DNA of 64,000 bases from NCBI GenBank assembly GCA_026770705.1, contig JANJGN010000034.1:7006001-7070000 (forward strand), given 5' to 3'. Both the position numbers and the translations under genes were made by a program. Shown here in pieces: positions 54,701 to 61,200 of the stretch. The stretch is from Isurus oxyrinchus. Taxonomy: Eukaryota. Every line of letters starts with the position of its first letter. The first letter of the stretch is position 1. Under the pieces are notes generated by a model that was not told the origin of the DNA, did not search any database, and was given only the letters and a program-made list of their open reading frames with translations.

Positions 54701-57700
54701 AGATCCCACGAATGTTCAATGGACCTGATTTTCATGGAGTAACTATCGTGTCGTCCCCAAGAAAATATTACTTCAGCGTGGTCAACTCCAGATTAATGCC
54801 CCCCGTGCATTGTTAAGCAAGTTTACCTCGTGCTTGCAGTCTGGTTTAAAGACTGTTACTTCCGCAAAATAACGATACTTTCTCTTGAGCACTTGTTCGT
54901 GCTTTGGGTCATGACTTCGGAAGGATACATGTTGATCTGTAAATGATCAGACGGTCTTACCGCTGGTCGTTTGCAATCGTTTCAGGGGCCATTTGTGATT
55001 GAAATTTCTCGGCGCACTTCTCTGTCAGCCAACGAGCTGAATGGCGTGCGAGCTTTAAGGAATGCTGTGTAGCAAACACTGTACAATTCATATACTAATT
55101 AACAAATTAAGCTGATCATTCTTAACAGAATACTAAAGCGGAGTCTGTCAAATCGGCATAACGAACCTATTTAAGTGACATCTACACGCACAGAGACATA
55201 GTGCCTAGTTAAACAACGACGCTACAAATTACACAGAAACATTTCTAGGTTAACACGAAGTTTAAGTTCTTCAGCAAAGAAAATTCACGAATGAAACCAA
55301 TGTCTCTTGTAAAAAGCAGAAGTTCGTCACCAATAAAATGTAGTTAGTGAAAGAGTTTCAAATAATGCAAAATGAATTCGTCTATTCAATCTCTGTCTCT
55401 AAAAACATTGTAGGTTCCAGACACGGTTGTTAAGAGGATTACCGGGGCAGTTTCATTGCTGTAGGGGAACATAGGGATACTAAATGGAGCTCTTCTGTAA
55501 TCTGGACAAGGAAACGTAACTGATGACCTTGACAATGCTATGATCCTTATAAACCAGTTGTTTTCTTTCTATCTTAGAATGCAATGACTTTCTGCAGAAG
55601 TGCAGTGAGTATTCCACGACCCAGCAGCCACCAAGGTCTGAACTTCCCGATTCGTTATTAAGCCTGTACTGCGTAAAGAACTTCTCCGTAGATAAAACGT
55701 GTGCCTTGGGGGACAAGAATATTTTCGAATAAGGGCATTAAAGCACAACCCGAAGACATGAGGAGAAAATGTCTGAAAGGAAATTGCCGTGTTACTTTCT
55801 TCCCTGAAGCTGCACCGAATATTATATCCTCGCAGCTTCCAGCTTTTTAGTTGTGAATCTGTAGACAGAACTTCCGCTTTCTGGTCAGAAGGTTGCGAAT
55901 TCAAGTCCAGAGATAGAAGTTGAGCGCAGGCGCAAATGCTGACACGTCCGTGCAGCCCTCAGGCAGCAATGTATTGCAGGAAGTGGCGTGTCGCCGTTTA
56001 GTATATAAAACGAGGCCAGGTCTGCACTCAAACTTGGACGTAAATGACCCAAAGCCAAATTTGAAAGAAACGAAGGGAAGTTTTCCACCGATGTGCTGTT
56101 GAATAATTACCCATTAATTAAACCTCACATAACAAGGTAGTTTTGGTGGTCTTGGGGTCCCTGGTGAGTCGGGCGGAACAAGTATCTGCGCTGAAACAGT
56201 TCATTCAGAGAGAACATTATATCACCAGCTTTAGGTTGGCAGATGGATCAGACGGACAATTGACAGATGACGTCTTACGCAGAAAATTGCGATCGCATTA
56301 TTTTTGTGGGAAGAACGAGGCGAGGCAATGCAAGACAAAGTGTTAAAATCTAAATGGATTTCAGGGTGATTATCCCTGTTTTTGAATTTGCCCAAATTGC
56401 TCAGGGTGACAAGGCAGGTTGAATGGGCGGTTAAAAAAACAAAAACGGGCCTTAGCTTAATAAAGAGGGTCATATAGCACGAAGACATGCAGTTTACAAT
56501 AAATGTATGAAATACTAGGCGGGCCTCAATTTGAGAATTGTTTCAAATTCTGGACAACATTCTCGAGGAAAATGTGTCGGCATTATAGAGTGTGCACAAG
56601 TGTTTTTTTTAAATGATTCCAGGGATGAGGAGCTGCACTTACGTGGTTGATTTGGACAGGTTTTCTTCACCTTGTTGAACAGAACATTTATAAACTATTT
56701 GATAAAGGTGAACATAATCATTAGCATCCAGGGTAGAGTAAACACGAGAGAGTTGGGCCGTTGGCAGGAACTGTCGAAAATCAGTGGAGGCCGAGTTAAG
56801 GTAATTGACAACATAAACATTGGTGCCATGAGGGATACATTTGCTTTTCCAGCGAGTGCTTAGCATTTGGATCATACTGCTAACAGTGTCGTGGAGGAAT
56901 GTTCTATAGACGTTTTCAGCGGAGTATTAAATAATTATTTCAAGAAGAGAGTTACTTCAGAGGAGTGTTACTTAGAATTGCGGGGCAGTGGGATGAAATG
57001 AAATTAATTGTGAGATTCGGCATTGGTTCGATGTGTCGGAAGGTCTCTCTCTCTCTATCTGTCTGGCTCTCCCTCTCTCCCTCTCTCTCTCTTTATGTCT
57101 CTCTCTCTCCCCCTCTCTATTTCACTCTCTATATATGTTTTAAAGCTGATTAGATAGATGGTTAGACGGACGGATGGATGGATGGTTAGACGGATGGATG
57201 GACGAATGATTGGACGGACGGGCTTACGGATGGACGGACGGTTTAATGGATGGATATTTAGGTAGACAGACAGATAAGGAAAATAGATAGATAGCAATTG
57301 GACCTGACAGTACAGGACAATTCCTTAACAGTTCCGAATGACACAAGGCATGGAGGTGCGGCAAACAAACAGGTTGATAACAACCGACTGCACCAAGACA
57401 TAAGTAGTCGAGCAGCATAAGCATCAAGTGTTGGATCGAATTTAATGCACATAACGCTGAAGTGATACATTTTTGTAAAACCTATAGAGGAGGGCAAATA
57501 CCCTTATTGAAACGATTCTTATGTGTGCGACTGAACAGATAAGGAGCAGAATTTCTTTAAGTTATTTTCAAATATTACAAGGGTAACGAGCACATTATTT
57601 GGATTCTTGGGCTTAATAAGTGGAGGCATTCAGCACAAAAGTAGAAAATTGTGCATAACCTTTTGAAACTCTGGTTATGCCGTACTTAATGTTGTTGCAT

Positions 57701-58188
57701 TCGGTTATAAACATATATTTGGAAGGAGCGACTGATCATTAAGAGGTTGCTGAAGAGAATTGGCGGAATGGTTCCACTGATAAGTGAATTTAACGATCAT
57801 GGAAGATTGCTGAACGTACGTTTCTTTTCCAAAGAGCATAAAAGGCTGAGAGGAGATCTATAAGTTAATGTCTTGTTTAGGTAAGGGAGACAAAGAGATC
57901 CCATTCAGATGCGCTTATGGTACAGGCATGAGGAGGACATAATTTTCCATTTTGTGCAAGGGTTGATTAGAAACTGTCAAAATTCTCTAAAAGATTTAGG
58001 TGAGGAAAACTCTATTTATGTTTCTTTATTCTTTCTCACTAATCGTTGTTTTTTAAAAAAAAACAAAGTGGAATATGTTTCAACGAGCTTCTAAACACTC
58101 CAGATTCTATATCGGAATTATATAGCGGTATGAGGGTGTATCCTTTCAAGCGAAGTGTGACAATGTGCGGCAAATAGAAATTAACATA

Positions 58189-58232
<44 letters not shown>

Positions 58233-61200
58233 CACCGATTAATGTAGAAATTCGGCTTGATGTTCTTGGCTATTATCGCAGGAATCATGCATTCGTTTGA
58301 GGCATCTGTTCAAGGAAGAAAAACATATGTTTGATTTTATAGAATTCAGTAGAATACATTAGCCTGGTAAATAATGGAAGAATGTTAAACTGTGACCGGG
58401 AACGAATTTCAATTGCTTCATGTAGCACAAAGTTTGCATGTCACTGCAAGGGTTACGTAACACCATTTGGGAATAGCTGTACCAATGTTATTTTTTAGGC
58501 ATCCTTTTAGAAACTGGTGGCTAGCATGCTATGCCATGCTAATAAATTCCCAGCGGCCCCAAAGGCCTCTAAGTATTTTTTCAACTAATTTCATACGTTT
58601 AACATTTTACTTTTCTCTTTAACAGAAGAAAAATATAAAGTAAACGAGCAAGGTGAACTTTTGCTTACATCAAAGAGTGAATGCTTTGCATGTTGCATTT
58701 TATTTGCATCATTGTGCAAAGAGATTTGCAACGTAGTTTATATAAATTATGTGCCGCATCAGATGGTGCCTCATAGTATGAAATTATTCAATATGGTATA
58801 TATAAAGGAGGCTTTTTCACTTGTAGTAAATCAAAAATGAGAGTGTCACGTATTTGAAGATAGAATAGTGATAGAAAAATACAATAGTTAATCCAGGCAT
58901 TAAGTCTGGACCTGGAAAATGGCAACAATATGGACTTCGAGACAACAATGTAGATTTTATGCTTCATCGCAAAGATGAATTTAGAAAGAAGCTAAATATT
59001 TTCAAGAAGGAAGATGGAACAGGAGATTTTCCACATGGTGGAAGTTGAAGCAGGGAAAGAGAGTTTTTTTTTAAACCCCACCAGCAATAACGTCAAATTA
59101 GGTCAAATGATGTACTTCCAGTTCTGCTCACCTTAAGGCCTTTTTTACCGTGAGAAATGTCACTTTGGATGGACTACATCTTCACAACCAAACCCAAAAT
59201 TTGCTCATAATAGAAAGGAGAAAGAGGTGTAGTATATAATGGAAGGACAATTGAATGACGCTCATGTTAGATTGCTGTGTAAGGTAAATATTACCTTAAT
59301 TATTAGCACATTTAAGAAATCCTGAAACACGACAAAAGTTAGGATTTTAGCTTAACCATTGCATGTACGTCGGCGCGCATGGGAGAGTTTGAGGAACGGG
59401 ACTTGCTGTCACCAATGACAGGGCAGCAGGGTTTTGGATGGCTAAAATAACAAAGATCGTAGGGAGTCATAAACAGACAGCTGCTTATTGCAGCAGTCAA
59501 ATCTAGAGATAATGAAGGCTTAGAGTAGAGTTTCAGCATCAGAGGCCCTGAGATGCAAGTGAAGTCGAGGCTTGGACAGTCGCACCAAGGTCATGAAAAA
59601 ACTGGAATAATCATGGACTGCTACCAGGGAAAGGGATGTGTTGGGTACTTAGGGAAGAAATCTTGCAAGGGGCACCAAAATCAAGGGCTTCAGTCTTCCC
59701 AATATATATCTAGTGGGATTCCTGTTTAGTCAGTAATGGATTCCGAATCAGCAGAGTGATAATTTAAAGCAGTGGAGGATTCGAGAGAGCTGGTGAAGAG
59801 GTAGATGTGTGTGTCATCAGCGTGCATGTGAAAATTCAAAGCGTGCCTTCATATGTTGTCGCGAGGGGGCAATTATTAATTGTTGAGAGCAACATTGGGC
59901 ACTCTGTTGGAGCAGGGAAATATGCCATTTGCCACCGACCCTCAAGCTATAATTACATAGATAAAATTGAACTTTGTGGGAGTGGTTCCATCCAGTAGTA
60001 GGAGAGTGGCAAGTGTTGGAGTAGGGTGCTGGGTCAACTGTGTCAAAGGTTTCAGACCGGTGGAGATGGGTGTGCATTGAATATTTACCTCAGGCACAGA
60101 CGTATGGTATGCCATTTGAAATTATGGTTGCAGCTGCTTCTGTATGGTAACAAAGGTGAAAACCTGATCGGAGGGATTTGAACTTATTTCTTTGAAAAAT
60201 GAGAACTAACTTGCAAGGCGACAGCTCTTAATTGGTGATTATAGAGGAAAGAGAGTTTGAAGATGATGGTGGTGGTTTACAATCGGGTGAGTGATTAAGG
60301 TTTTGGGAGATGGGTGAGGACAGCGGATTTAGAAGAAAAATGGAGAAAATATGAATAGAGAAACCGAAAAAACATCGTCAGTCTTGCTGCCAAGAAGTCT
60401 AGATGGTTGGCCTGCTGAGCATCGTGGAAAAGGGATATGGGTGCCATTGATCAGGCAAGTTTGAAGAGCCCATGGACAGTAATTGGCGTGAATGTAGAAC
60501 AACGTTCGAGTTTAAAGCTGGGGCAAGGAGGGGAATAGAAGGTAATTTACCGAGGTGGACAAGAAAAGAGAAAGCTGTAGCAGAAGCAGATGGCCGGAGT
60601 GTTTCGTTCTTAGTGACAAAGATATCATTTAGAGCCTTGCAGTTTTTGTTGGGGGTGAGGGTGGAAGGGACAGGAGAGAGGGATATAAATAGACTTAGAG
60701 GTAAGAATTACATTACAAGATGATCTAGCAATTCTGAGCGGTGGTGACGGCAATATCGAGAATGTCCAAGACATCGCTAAAGCTGCAGAGTAGGCTCATC
60801 CAAACTCACCTCATCTAACTTCAGTTCTAGAGGGATATAATTGAAAATCCATAAGCTGATGTCACAATTTACAAGGATGTGAGTCGCTGTGGTAATGCCT
60901 GAAAAATGAATTATTAAGTGACATGTAATATGGAGGTTCTCCAATTTAGTGAACAATGTGAAATCATATCAACAGGAAAATTATCAGTCATATCGGACTT
61001 CGGAGGGCTGAACATGCCAAGGAAAGAGTTAAATATTTTCCAGTGAAAATTAAGTGACCATTTCTTTTCTATTGACTTCGCAGAGCTACAGGATTGTCAA
61101 GATATTCTGAAAAATTTCGGTGAATAAAGCACTTTAATTGCATAATTATATTTTCATCTATCCACTTGTAGTAGAGTCAAACAATTCTTCAAGGAACATG

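Larger units (their letters stand above)
5655..55487. repeat. Tandem array of seven ~6.9 kb units (approximate starts 5655, 12560, 19367, 26291, 34763, 41659, 48590)
   Basis: Landmarks such as ccggagtctg(t)ccaataa and gctagcacagtgaagttagaaataaa recur at ~6.8-6.9 kb spacing. Unit 4 is ~8.5 kb because of a partial repeat, a Penelope fragment and an N gap. Confidence 0.97.

Noticed and set aside
5855-54816. Recurring 60-190 aa ORFs in the array as a tandem gene family
   Set aside because: Stops and frameshifts differ between units; they are decayed RTE/CR1 frames, antisense frames or chance.
5655-55487. CRISPR array or prokaryotic/viral system
   Set aside because: Repeats are kilobase-scale with homologous rather than unique intervening sequence, in vertebrate-type DNA with no cas-like or viral ORFs.
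55860-55910. tRNA gene
   Set aside because: Only a decayed B-box-like SINE head; no cloverleaf.
58104-58127. Possible 24-nt exon (DSISELYS; ctccag|..|gtatga)
   Set aside because: Single copy, no similarity to the exon classes, and it would interrupt the KDL-EEK pattern; cannot be excluded without cDNA.
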